Positions 53,511 through 64,000 of a stretch of 64,000 bases of DNA are shown here, piece by piece; the stretch's first letter is position 1; the number at the start of each line of letters is the position of its first letter. Made by a program: the position numbers and the translations under genes. Below the pieces are notes generated by a model. The model was not told where the DNA came from. It ran no database searches and saw nothing but the letters and a program-made list of their open reading frames with translations. This stretch comes from the human T2T-CHM13v2.0 reference genome, Homo sapiens: assembly GCF_009914755.1 (NCBI RefSeq), contig NC_060928.1; one strand, 5' to 3'.

Positions 53511-54527
53511 CAAAAGCCAGTGGCAGCCCTACCTGTTCATTCATCACACAGTTACAGAGGAACCCCCTGTGCTGTGCCCTTTAAAGGCAATGGAAGGAAA
53601 TTAGGCCCAGGCCCTGTATGATTCTCCACTTCCTTCTCAGAAGCTCCGGCAGGCAACTTGCCTGGGAGATACTAAGTTCCCACCAACCTTGGGAATCAGC
53701 TACCTGATTTCTAATTCAGGCGGGCTGCAGCCTCCAATTTCCACAAAATCTCATGCTTCTAGTGCACTTCTCTTTGCCTTCCGTCTCCTTGGGTGCCTTC
53801 AGTCTCCTCGGTGGAAGCTTTCCACCGAACACCTCCCTCACAGGTGTCCTCTAACACTCATGACTGGCAGAGCCAAACGAGGGAGGACGACTGTCGCTGT
53901 GCCCTGAGCTCAGGGCAAATCAGGTAGAAGCCTCTCTAAAAAGCAAGTGGACTGAAAATCGCCTTCCACAAACTATTGCCAGGCAAGTAAAATAGTCATT
54001 TGTTTTCTGTGATGGTGGTTATTGTTCCTTTGAGAAAAACAACAATGACAAAAAGTTAATACTAATATTGAAAAATTTGCTTCACCTGAAAGAGAGTTTT
54101 AAAGGTAGAATTATGGCCCTCTAAAAAGGAGCTGACACAAATCTCTATTAGCATAATGGTATCATAACACTATCCAAAGCCTGTTAATGCAGCCCTCTGT
54201 CCATCTCTGAACTCTAGATATAAATGTCACAAGAATATTAGTTAGGAGTCTGTTTCTCCGTCAGTGAGAGGACAGTTTGTATGTGGGGAGGACCCATTAG
54301 AGCTAATGGGAGCTACAGAAGTAAATCCCCAGGCTCCGATAGGGGAAAAGGTCCCCTGGGGTTTTCCACCAAGAACCCATACACTGTGATAGACACTTGG
54401 GAGCCAGAAAGTCTTTACTCATTAGTACAGTCCCACTCGGGGAGTGATTTGCAACCTCACCCCAAATATGAGAGATTGAACTAGTCTATCTTTGCCATGA
54501 CATCTATAGACTTCCATGGTTTTTTTG

Positions 54528-54574
54528 TTTTTGTTTTTTGTTTGTTTTGGGTTTTTTTTTTTTTTTTTTTTTTT
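54528..54574. repeat. T-rich/poly(T) tract
   Basis: gtttttttt gttttt... ending in a long pure T run. Confidence 0.9.
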
Positions 54575-55693
54575 GCCTTTAGATATTGTGCCACTGAAAC
54601 CTAGTTTAAGACAAATGCCATTTTAATTTGCTTTAGGCGGTGAAGGCCAACACACATTTCAGTGGAGAAAGCTATGTGTTTTAATTGCCTTATGAAGACA
54701 TAGCATATGCCCTGACACAGTTAAATGATTAACAGATTACTCCAAATGTCTTTGGCATAGAATATCTATACGTTCATTAGGCAGAACAATTTATCTTCTT
54801 GATAAAACTAAAATTACTTATACATCAGATTTACTTTCCATGATTAATAAATGATAAAAATCTAAATCTGAAATGTGTCTTCTTGGCCATTAATCTCACA
54901 TTTATCAGCTTCTATAATACATATTATTAATATAAAAATTCAATTTTCAAAGCATTTAAATTTGCTAAGAGAAACAGAACACAATGCAAACAAGCATCTC
55001 AATTAGTAGGAAATGCTATAGTCATTCTGAAATAGGTAATAGACAGAGTTAGCTTTAAATATGCTTTATAAAAACAGATAAAATCCATGGGATACACAGA
55101 CATCAAAATGCCCCCAAAGGGACGCCTCTCTCAAATATACTTCCAGTAGGAAGCCATCAGCATTAATAGCAAGTTTGGTATCATTCCGCGTATGCTCAAA
55201 AGGACAACATGAAGATCTGGCTCAGAAACAGAGCACAGAACACGCAGATCTGGAATCACTAAAGGTCAAAATGCAAGCATCGCACGTGGCCAAGGAAGTG
55301 AGCTTCGGAGGCACAGGTTTAGCTAGAGGGAAAGCCTAGGGAATTAGATCCTTCTGTCAGCTTTTTTAAATGTTTAAGACCGTCTGTCCTCCAATTAAAC
55401 TGATCAAGGGGTCCAGGATGGTTTGTTAGCAACTCTGCTCTGGAGAACACTCATTAAAAGTCTCGAAGCTGATTACGGAGTTCCCATCTCGAGCACTTCA
55501 CTTCTGCTGTCAGCTGCTGATTTCTCTGAATTCCAACTGCCAAAGTAACTGTGGAGGCCGAGCCATGCTTTCCCCACTGCCAGAAAAGGAGAGAGACATC
55601 TGCCAGTGTCCTGAATCACCTGTTACTTACTTGGTGACTCATTCCCCCAGAGGAGCCAGGGCAAAACAGCTCCTGAAATGGTGTGTGAGCACA

Positions 55694-55731
55694 TATGTGT
55701 GTGCTTGTGTGTGTGTGTGTGCATGTGTGTG
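55694..55731. repeat. Imperfect (TG)n
   Basis: tatgtgtgtgcttgtgtgtgtgtgtgtgcatgtgtgtg. Confidence 0.8.
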
Positions 55732-56084
55732 GTCTGCACATTCACTTGTCACAGATAGGTCCTCGGTCTTCCTGAGAGGCTGGCACTGCTAGGCACAGAC
55801 CATGTGGTCCTGAATAAGAACTCTTTTGTCTCACCCTCCAGGAAGCCACCCTTTAATGAGGTGGACAGAGGAATAAAGAGGAAATTGCAATGCAATGTAA
55901 TCATTGCATGATGATGGCTCCTAGTTACACTTAACTCAGCTTTTAAGAGAGGAGAGGAAAGCGGCAGAGCACACCTCTGGAGGAGAGAACTAGAAGGTAG
56001 GAATGATTTTCCTGTCAGAGAGAACAGTATCTGCAGAAGCCCAGAGGAGTGAGAGAACCCTCATTTACTCATGGGCTCACTTTT

Positions 56085-56270
56085 TGCCAATCATTCACTG
56101 AGCACCTACTATACCCTAGGTGCTATGCTAGGTGGTAGAAATACAGTGAGGGCAGGATGCACATTACAATGGGCTTCAGGGAATTGCAAACTCATTCTGT
56201 ATGACTGGAGCATAGTAGGGGATGAGGGATAAGAGCCAAGGCTGGGAAAATATGTATGGCTCAGCCCACA
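56085..56270 (-). mobile_element. L2 3' end
   Basis: cattcactgagcacctactataccctaggtgctatgctaggtggtagaaatacagtg. Confidence 0.75.
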
Positions 56271-56704
56271 CCACATTCAGGGTTTGTGTGTGTATATGTG
56301 TGCACATGTGTTTATATTGTGGAAGGTGTTGGTGTCAGAACAGGACTCACACAGACCTGGCCTAAATTGAAATAGAAGGAAAAGGTATGCAGTAATGTTT
56401 ACCTAGTCATAGCCCAGACAGACTGATGAAATAAGTCTTGAAGGTGACACTGGTACTTCCCCTTATGCCTTGAATTTTCTCTCATACCACTCACCATCCC
56501 ACATCTTCTACTTCATCATGAGAGAGTTCACTCTCATCATGGACCCTCATGGTACCATCATGGCACCTCCTTCTGCACTCCAGCATTGTGCTGGTGATGG
56601 ATCCACTAATACCACCTTCTACGACTGAGCTGTAGTGAAATGAGCATGGAATTAGGGTCAGATTTGCATTCAATCTCAGCCCTACTCCTGGCAAGGTGTT
56701 TGGT

Positions 56705-56930
56705 AATGATAGTCATAACCATCTACAGCATTTATTAAGCATTTAATATGTGCCACGTTATGTGCATTAACTCAATGAAAGTTTTAACAAAGCCACAAGG
56801 TAGGCACTGTTATGATCTCTACTTTATAAAGAGGGAAACCAAGGCAAAGAAAGCTTCAGGGTCTTGCATATAGTCACATGGTTAATAGAATGGCAGTGCC
56901 TAGAGCCAATCTCAGTAAATTTGATCCTGT
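56705..56930 (-). mobile_element. MIR SINE
   Basis: catttattaagcatttaatatgtgcca...aaggtaggcactgtta...gggaaaccaaggcaaaga...gtcacatggttaatagaatggcag. Confidence 0.8.
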
Positions 56931-57614
56931 CTCCCTTGGTTGCCTTGTTTTCTTCAAATTCAAAGTGGATATGGTAATACTGATTTTTTGCAAGAATTAA
57001 GTGAGTAACTTCAGTGACCAGCACAGTTTGCACTCAAGAAATAATAATTTCCTATGTCTCTCCCAGCCCTACCCATTACCAAAGCTAGGTTAAATATGTG
57101 TTATTTCATGAAGACTTTTCTAGACATTGAGTCTACATTGACATGACATTCCTTCTTTGAAGTCACCTTTAGCTTAGCATAAGATGAATAGTGACACTGG
57201 TCATACTGCCTTGTATTGTTCTTGAATTACTCAAGCTTTGGTGATTTTTCCAACAACACTGCATGTTACTTAGGCCAGTAATCAGGTCTTGTCTTCCCCT
57301 CCAGAAATATCTTCTCCAGAAGCCACTGCTAAAAGCATAGGGTTTTCAAAACAGGTTGAAAGAATAAAGAATAAGTAAATACTATAGGAGTCCACATGTA
57401 GAATAAATACATGTTGCAAAGGAAATAAAGTAATTTGTAAACTAGCTGAGGGAGGAGGAATTTGTATGTATCTTCATCCATCCAGTAGATTCCGAGGAAT
57501 TTGATTTTCAAACACTCTGTACTGACAATAAACTTTAAAAATAATTGACCTCATCACATCAAAGTTTACAAGTGGCTTTAGTCCCAGGCCCTATAAACTC
57601 TAAACTAGAGACAG

Positions 57615-57800
57615 GATGCCTGGCTGAGCAGAAAGAGCAATGCAGCTGGAGTCCAATTTGGCTTTGAGCTATAGTTCTACCACTTTCTACCATAGTGACT
57701 TCCCCGAGTGTCACTTTGCCATCTGCATCAGGGATTTTATATAACAGATACTTTCTACCTCAAAAGCATGCCATTCATATAAGGGATTACTGTGATACTA
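57615..57800 (+). mobile_element. MIR fragment
   Basis: cagaaagagcaatgcagctggagtcc...ttctaccactttctaccatagtgact...catctgcatcaggga. Confidence 0.55.
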
Positions 57801-58360
57801 GGGGCCAGAAGCCAATCAAAAGTGCAGGGATTCCATACAGGAATTATACTAAATGCAAATGAGGGGCATCAGTGACCAGTGAGGGATGTAGCTGGGCATT
57901 CTTCTCTTCACTGGGCCTACTTCTGAGGTTTATTAGCCAAGTGGAGTCCTTCTGACATATGAGAGGAAGTTCCCACCAGTATACATCCTGCATGACACAC
58001 TATATCAGAATGCAGAATGCACTTCAGAATAACAGTCTTTAAAAGTGCCTACACCTTAGTCATGATGGCAAACATATCTGGCTGCTGGTTTATACGATGC
58101 AGTAAAGAACCATCTTTGTCTCATCCACTAGAGTGCTTGGTAGATCAGGAAATGGGGTATTAGAGTGAAAAGATCACACACAGAACTTGCTCTGTGTTCG
58201 GTCAAGACTGCTGGCCTACGAAAAACAAAGCAAAAACAGAAAGTACTTAGGTTCCAGAAACACAAAATTAGGGAGACTGAAAAGTGGCAATTCATCTCTA
58301 GATGAATTCTAGAAGAATCATTTGTTAAATAATAGACCCTAACCCTTTGTTAGCTAGGCC

Positions 58361-58696
58361 AACTGTCAGCAAACTACGGTCCATGGACCAAATCCAGCAG
58401 CCTACCTATTTTTGCATAGTCTGTGAGCAAAGAATGATTTTTAAATTTTTAATGGTTAAAAACAATATTTAAAAAGATAATATTCTGTGACAACAAAATT
58501 ACATGAAATTCACATTTCTGCAGCCGTGAATAAAGTTTTATTGGCCCACAGTCATGTTCACTGGTTTACATGTTATCAGTAGCTGCTTTTGTGCTACAGT
58601 GACAGAGCTGAGTAGTTGCAACAGAGGCCTTATGGCCAGCAAAGGTGAAAATATTTGCTACCTAGCCCTTTGCAGAGCAATTTTGCCAATCCCTTG
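58361..58696 (+). mobile_element. MER58B hAT-Charlie DNA transposon
   Basis: gtcagcaaactacggtccatggaccaaatcc...aataaagttttattgg...acagagctgagtagttgcaacagag...ttgccaatccc; 8-bp TSD gctaggcc/tctaggcc. Confidence 0.92.
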
Positions 58697-59799
58697 TCTA
58701 GGCCAATTATGTTTTCTTTCAGCATGTGAAACTAACCTAACATGACTTAGCTGCTACCTGATCAAACGCTTTCTGACCTTAAGACTAGATGTCAAATTTA
58801 TCAGCCTCTGTTAAAGCTGGTGCCTAGAAGGCCAGGACATCCTATCGACTCTTGCCTCTAACTTACCATCCCCACCTCAGTATGATATACAGACACACAC
58901 CCACATGCATGCACAAACACACCCTAAATTCTGATTTCCATTTCCCCAATCTTTATACTTTCAGATTTCCTCTGTATCACTATTATATGGTCTTCCATAA
59001 CCCCTAAACCACCAATACTCTGTTTCCTCATCTAATGACAAACTAAAGAAACTGTCAAGTATGGAAAGATATTTACTATAACTTAATATTAACATTGGAA
59101 AGCTGCTACCAATGGTGTTTTCTAATATTAAATATTATGCCATTCCTTTTATCAATAATGCTGTATTTTTCCTGTTCCAAATTGCATGCTTTTTTTTTTC
59201 TGCCAATCTGGGTCAATTTTATAAGTACATTATAATTTTTATTGGTCCATTATACTTTGCACTGGTCTTTAAATGACAAATACATTGGTGAATTGTATTC
59301 ACGTTAACTAGCATTTTTAAATGGTCTAACTTTCTAGAGAAGAGAACTACCTTATCAAAGCACTATTCAGGATGTGCCTGAATTGTGCCAGAAAAAAAAT
59401 CCTGAGAAGCAGTACGGTAGAAAGGAAAGGGCATCAGACCCAAGTTTTACCCCACAGAGTGTCAAAAACTAACTGTTCAGCCTTGGACAGGTCCCAGACC
59501 CTGTCTGAACTTTGGTTTCTTTTTGATGTAACGTGAATTCACCTGGATCATGAGAAGTGTTCCCATTCTCACATTCCCTGATTCTAGGAAAATTACTTGC
59601 CATCAATTCAAATTAGTCATTTAGTATCTTATAAGAAGTTAAATGTTGAATGGCAGTTTGAAGTAGATTTAAAGTTTACTTTTATTATGGCCTGAAAAAT
59701 AGGAAGAAGTAATGATATACACCTCTAAGAAATAGGGCTCAAAATGGAAAGAGGTGGGCCATAGGACCATTGTTTCCTAGTATTAGTCCTCTTCAATAA

Positions 59800-59937
59800 T
59801 TTCATTTAAATATATATATATATTTATAATTTTTTATTTTATATATATTTTATTTTTATATTATTAAATTAAATAATTTATATATTAAATTAAATAACCA
59901 TTTTATTTAAATCAAATGGTTTTATATACATATATAA
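59800..59937. repeat. AT-rich low-complexity tract with (TA)n
   Basis: nearly pure A/T over ~135 bp; repeated ATTAAATTAAATAA. Confidence 0.9.
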
Positions 59938-60679
59938 GCACACATTACTCCCATTTAAATGTTATTTAATTAAAGCTAGAAGAAAATTTAGAATACTTCC
60001 AATTCATATCTGGATTGATGAGGCTAGATATACTATTGAGTTTTAGTCATCCATATTGATTTTACACATATTTCCCAAGGGGAATTATGAGAGAAACAGG
60101 TGGGGTTACCTGACCCTAATTTCCCTTCTGATGCCATATTTTCTATTTCTGCCTCCTCTCGATTTTTTCATTTTCTCACTGAAAACTTCTCAGTTCATGA
60201 GCAAGCTCTCCTCTCTAGGAACCAGGCAGTTGGAAAGTTTTAACTTTTAAAGCTCATTTATATTTGAGTCCTCCAAGATCAACAACCCCCCAAAATTAAT
60301 GATATTATAATAAAAATATTTTATTTCTTCAAAACCTCAAAAAATCATTTAAAACAGATCTTGCATGAGATTTATCCCTTTAGGCTAAAATAAAGCATTA
60401 GAGCTTTTGTTAAGGCAAACATTTCCTCAAACTGAAAGAAAACAGAGCTTTAATGGAAATACAAATGCAGGCTTTGCAGTTGCAACCAGCTAATATAACA
60501 TTAGAATTCTGCATTTGTGAATTGCTCTAATTTTATGTACATATATTATTCAGCAAGAATAGTGTTCCTTTAGTTTTATAGATTTTTTCTCTCATTTAGT
60601 TGGTAATACAATTACTTGCTGTTATAAATCTGAATATGAGGGATTCACACACAGAAAAGAGAAACTTGATTCTTAATGA

Positions 60680-61035
<356 letters not shown>

Positions 61036-61339
61036 CCTTCATTGTTAATCTACAGCCCCTCTGCACTCAATGATCAAAGATTTTTAAACTACCTTCTTGA
61101 AATACACATACAAACTTTGTCAGGCAACTTCATGTGCACAAGCACTGTTCTTATTTCTGCTTTTCCGTCTCTTGAACCCTGACCCCTTAACTTGCCCCTA
61201 AAACTTTCAATAGCTGAAACCAACCTCAAGTGAAACAAGCCAACAACATGAGAAATGACTGTATGCAAGTTCTTTGGGAGTGATAGCGAGATGATGGTGA
61301 CAATGATGACAATGATTATGATGATGTGATTTTTCTACT

Positions 61340-61500
61340 TAACCCTGTGGTCAGCCCTATCAGGCAGCTACTACTACTATCACCATTTTACAGATGGGGA
61401 AAACATGGAGGTTAACACAAAGAGGCTGAGGAAATTATCATGTTGTCACAGCTACTATGTGGTAGAACCAGGATTTGGACCTTTAGTGCACAGACTAGCA
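61340..61500 (-). mobile_element. MIR fragment
   Basis: actatcaccattttacagatggggaaaac...gtcacagctactatgtggtagaaccaggatttg. Confidence 0.75.
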
Positions 61501-61525
61501 CTGCACTGGCCTCTCCCTTTTACAG

Positions 61526-61639
61526 GCACTCTGGAGGAAGAGTTAACCAGCTGTGTGTCTCAGTGTGTGAAATGTGAGCATGTGGTGGTGCAGGAAAGAG
61601 GGCAGAACTGTGATGTCTCTGGACTCCTGATGGCTCCTG
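61526..61639 (+). other. Candidate spliced exon (114 nt)
   Basis: Acceptor CCTCTCCCTTTTACAG|G and donor CTG|GTGAGT; length divisible by 3; peptide not recognised. Confidence 0.35.
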
Positions 61640-61869
61640 GTGAGTATCCGGTACCACTCCCAATGCAGGACCCAGAAACAGCGCCCAGTGTTCCTCCCCT
61701 TCCTCACCTGCGTAGAGGGTTCAGTAAAGGCAAATCACTACCAGGAGGAAAGTGTATTGGCCCAGCAAATGCAGGAAAGGGAGGATCCCGCAAAAGGGAT
61801 TTCCACTCATTGGAAAATACCTGGAAAAGAAAGAAATGGACTTTGCTCTCACATGAGGGAATGAAAATG

Positions 61870-62070
61870 AGAGCTTTTGCAGCCAGAAAGACGAGAGAAG
61901 ATACTGCCTCCTACTACCTGTGTGAGCTTGGACACCCTACGGAGAACCAATTTCTCCATTTCCTCATCTATGAATGGGAATAATTGTAAATTCCTACCAA
62001 TTTCCGTTTCCTCATCTGTGAATGGGAATAATTATACTTACAATTTGCCATGAGAATTAAATGTAAACTA
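61870..62070 (+). mobile_element. MIR with internal ~50-bp tandem duplication
   Basis: accaatttc..tttcctcatct(a/g)tgaatgggaataatt present at 61946 and 61996. Confidence 0.8.
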
Positions 62071-62149
62071 CCACACACACGTCAGCATTTCATCACCTAG
62101 GTTGCCTTTCTCCTGATTCAGAATAATTTTTTTTTTGGCTTAACTCCCT

Positions 62150-62232
62150 TTTTCTCCAGCTTTATTGAAGTATATAATGGTCAAATAAAATTATATAATG
62201 TAAGTTGTCCAACATAATGATTTGACATACAA
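62150..62232 (-). mobile_element. L1MA/L1MB extreme 3' end fragment
   Basis: ccagctttattgaagtatataatggtcaaataaaattatata...aacataatgatttgacatac. Confidence 0.65.
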
Positions 62233-63212
62233 ATATTTTATTTCCTTGTTTATCTCACTTTTCCCCATGGAAGTCATTTCCCTCACATGGTCCTTTTCCT
62301 TCTCTTCCTTTCCCCAGTCTTTCTACAGCAAAATCAGCCTTGCCCTTTCATTCCTTCCTAGAATTCTCTGAAATGTTAAATAATATGTTCTGTCGGTGCT
62401 AACTCCCAGTGCCTGAAAACATTTGCCCCATGTGGTGGGATGCAATATTTGGGTGCTTTGGCCCTTAAGTATCTACCTGAGCAAGTGTTCCCTACACCCT
62501 AACTCTGCACAGAGAGAGATGTTTAGGTTTTTGGAACTATAGTACAAAGAGAGTGCAATAAATGGGACACTCACACCTGCTCTAAGTGGCAGAGGGTGCT
62601 TTGCCGAAAAGCAGAACAAAGGCAGATCCTCTTTGTGCCCCCCATAGTTTCCAGCTTTTCACTCTGTAAACACCTAGGTGAGCCCTAAGCATCTCCAGCC
62701 CTCCCTTCAAGTCTCAGAAGCCAAATAGCAATACTGAGTGATAGACAGAAGTGCATGATGTCCCTAGGGGAGAAGAAAAATTCTACACCCTTTGCAGAAA
62801 GCTTCAGGTGTCTATGAGCCCGTCTCCACTTCATAGAACAGAGAACAGGGCTTGTCATCATGTGTTTAAAATATTCTGTATCACAAGTGGAGTGTTTTCT
62901 AAAAACAACGAAGTTGCCACATGGGTTTCAAATGGTAGATCAAGCAATCTGCCATCCTTCCTCCCTGTGAAAACACAGAGATGGTGGTGGTGTCCACCAG
63001 AGTCATCTCAATAAAGGTAAGAGATCAAGGCCATGCTTCTCATGTTGGGTTAGCAACTTCTCAGAACCATCACCCATGAAAGTTTCAGGTAATTCTCAAA
63101 ACTTTCATATCCAGAAATGTTCCATGGAGAATTATTCTATGGATATTTGGAAGAAATAACAAACCTTATAATATGCTGCTACTGCTAATCCTGCTCCAAC
63201 TGTGAAATACGA

Positions 63213-63574
63213 TGATATGGTTTGGCTGTGTCCCCACCCAAATATCATCTTGAATTGCAGCTCCCATAATTCCCACGTGTCATGGGAGTGACCCCATGGG
63301 AGGTAGTTGAATCATGGGGGGAGGTTTTTGCCATGCTCTTCTCATGATAGTAAGTCTCATGAGATCTGATGGTTTTATAAAAGGGAATTCCCCTGTGCAT
63401 GCTCTTTCCTTGACTGCCACCATGTAAGACGTGGCTTTTCTCCTCCTTGCCTTCTGCCATGATTGTGAGGCCTTCCCAGCCACATGGAACTGTGAGTCCA
63501 TTAAGCCTCTTTCCTTTATAAATTACCCAGTCTTGGGTATGTCTTTATTACCAGCGTGAGAACAGACTAACACA
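63213..63574 (+). mobile_element. THE1 (THE1B/C-like) ERVL-MaLR solo LTR
   Basis: tgatatggtttggctgtgtccccacccaaat...catggaactgtgagtcc...gaacagactaacaca; TG...CA ends; 5-bp TSD tacga/tacca. Confidence 0.95.
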
Positions 63575-63854
63575 TACCACCACCAGAGCTAGGACCAGGT
63601 TCTGACCCATGCCAGAGCTTGGAGACACCATAAGACCTGAAAACAGTTTTACACCACCTTGACTAGTTTCTCTGCATATCTCCGTGTTCTCTGATAGTCT
63701 TACATCATAGTTCCCATTAGCCAGGTAATGTAATTTTAACATTACAAATATGTTCAAATGCATTTACTAGGATCAACTGCCCTCTCTGCTTCTTTCCACT
63801 CCCACCCTCAACTATGCTTCCAGTGCTGCCGCAATCCTTTACATGGCTTATGCT

Positions 63855-64000
63855 CTTCTATTAGCAGGCACTGTGTTCATCTCTCACATTCATTATCTTA
63901 TTTAACCCTGTGAGATGCCTGCTATTTTAATCCCATTTTACAGATGAGAAAACCAAAGCTTGAAATAGATGAAGCAGCTTGCCCAAGGTCAGACATCTAA
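63855..64000 (-). mobile_element. MIR SINE (runs off window)
   Basis: aatcccattttacagatgagaaaaccaaagct...cttgcccaaggtcagac. Confidence 0.85.

Noticed and set aside
54293-58308. Short palindromes (CCCATTAG-ag-CTAATGGG at 54293; AATTCATCT-ct-AGATGAATT at 58289)
   Set aside because: Arms of 8-9 bp are expected by chance in 64 kb and are too short for pre-miRNA.
61405-61983. Longest ORF (192 aa) as a single-exon gene
   Set aside because: Starts and ends inside MIR sequence and has no recognisable domain; only the internal exon-like part is kept as a candidate.
62648-63016. Further + strand splice-site pairs (62648-62677 and 62798-63016)
   Set aside because: Weaker acceptors; this density is expected for chance pseudo-exons.
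63213-63574. THE1 LTR as polyadenylation site for the hypothetical + strand transcript
   Set aside because: The expected ATTAAA signal reads ATTAAG here (~63500), so the sequence gives no support.

Overview
This is primate, almost certainly human-like, non-coding genomic DNA (intronic or intergenic) with no CpG island. It contains 7 Alus (AluS/AluY), more than 30 ancient MIR fragments, many L2 fragments, a few short old L1 3' ends, MLT1/LTR41/THE1 solo LTRs, hAT DNA-transposon fossils (MER20, MER58, MER117) and several microsatellites. I recognise no protein-coding gene, RNA gene, CRISPR array or prokaryotic-type system. The ORF track is explained by chance, Alu, microsatellite or L1 ORF2 remnants, and I cannot name the locus. 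The leads most worth following are: a compact CCAAT/E-box/GC-box promoter-like element with a downstream splice donor (~45.6-45.9 kb) and possible + strand exons at 52.9 and 61.5 kb (hypothetical lncRNA); a well-formed minus-strand exon candidate at 47.8 kb; a YY1-motif cluster at ~32 kb; two close inverted Alu pairs; a tailless Alu with target-site duplication; and two similarly truncated L1s inserted into MIRs. Repeat calls come from recall of consensus sequences, and boundaries of old repeats are approximate.
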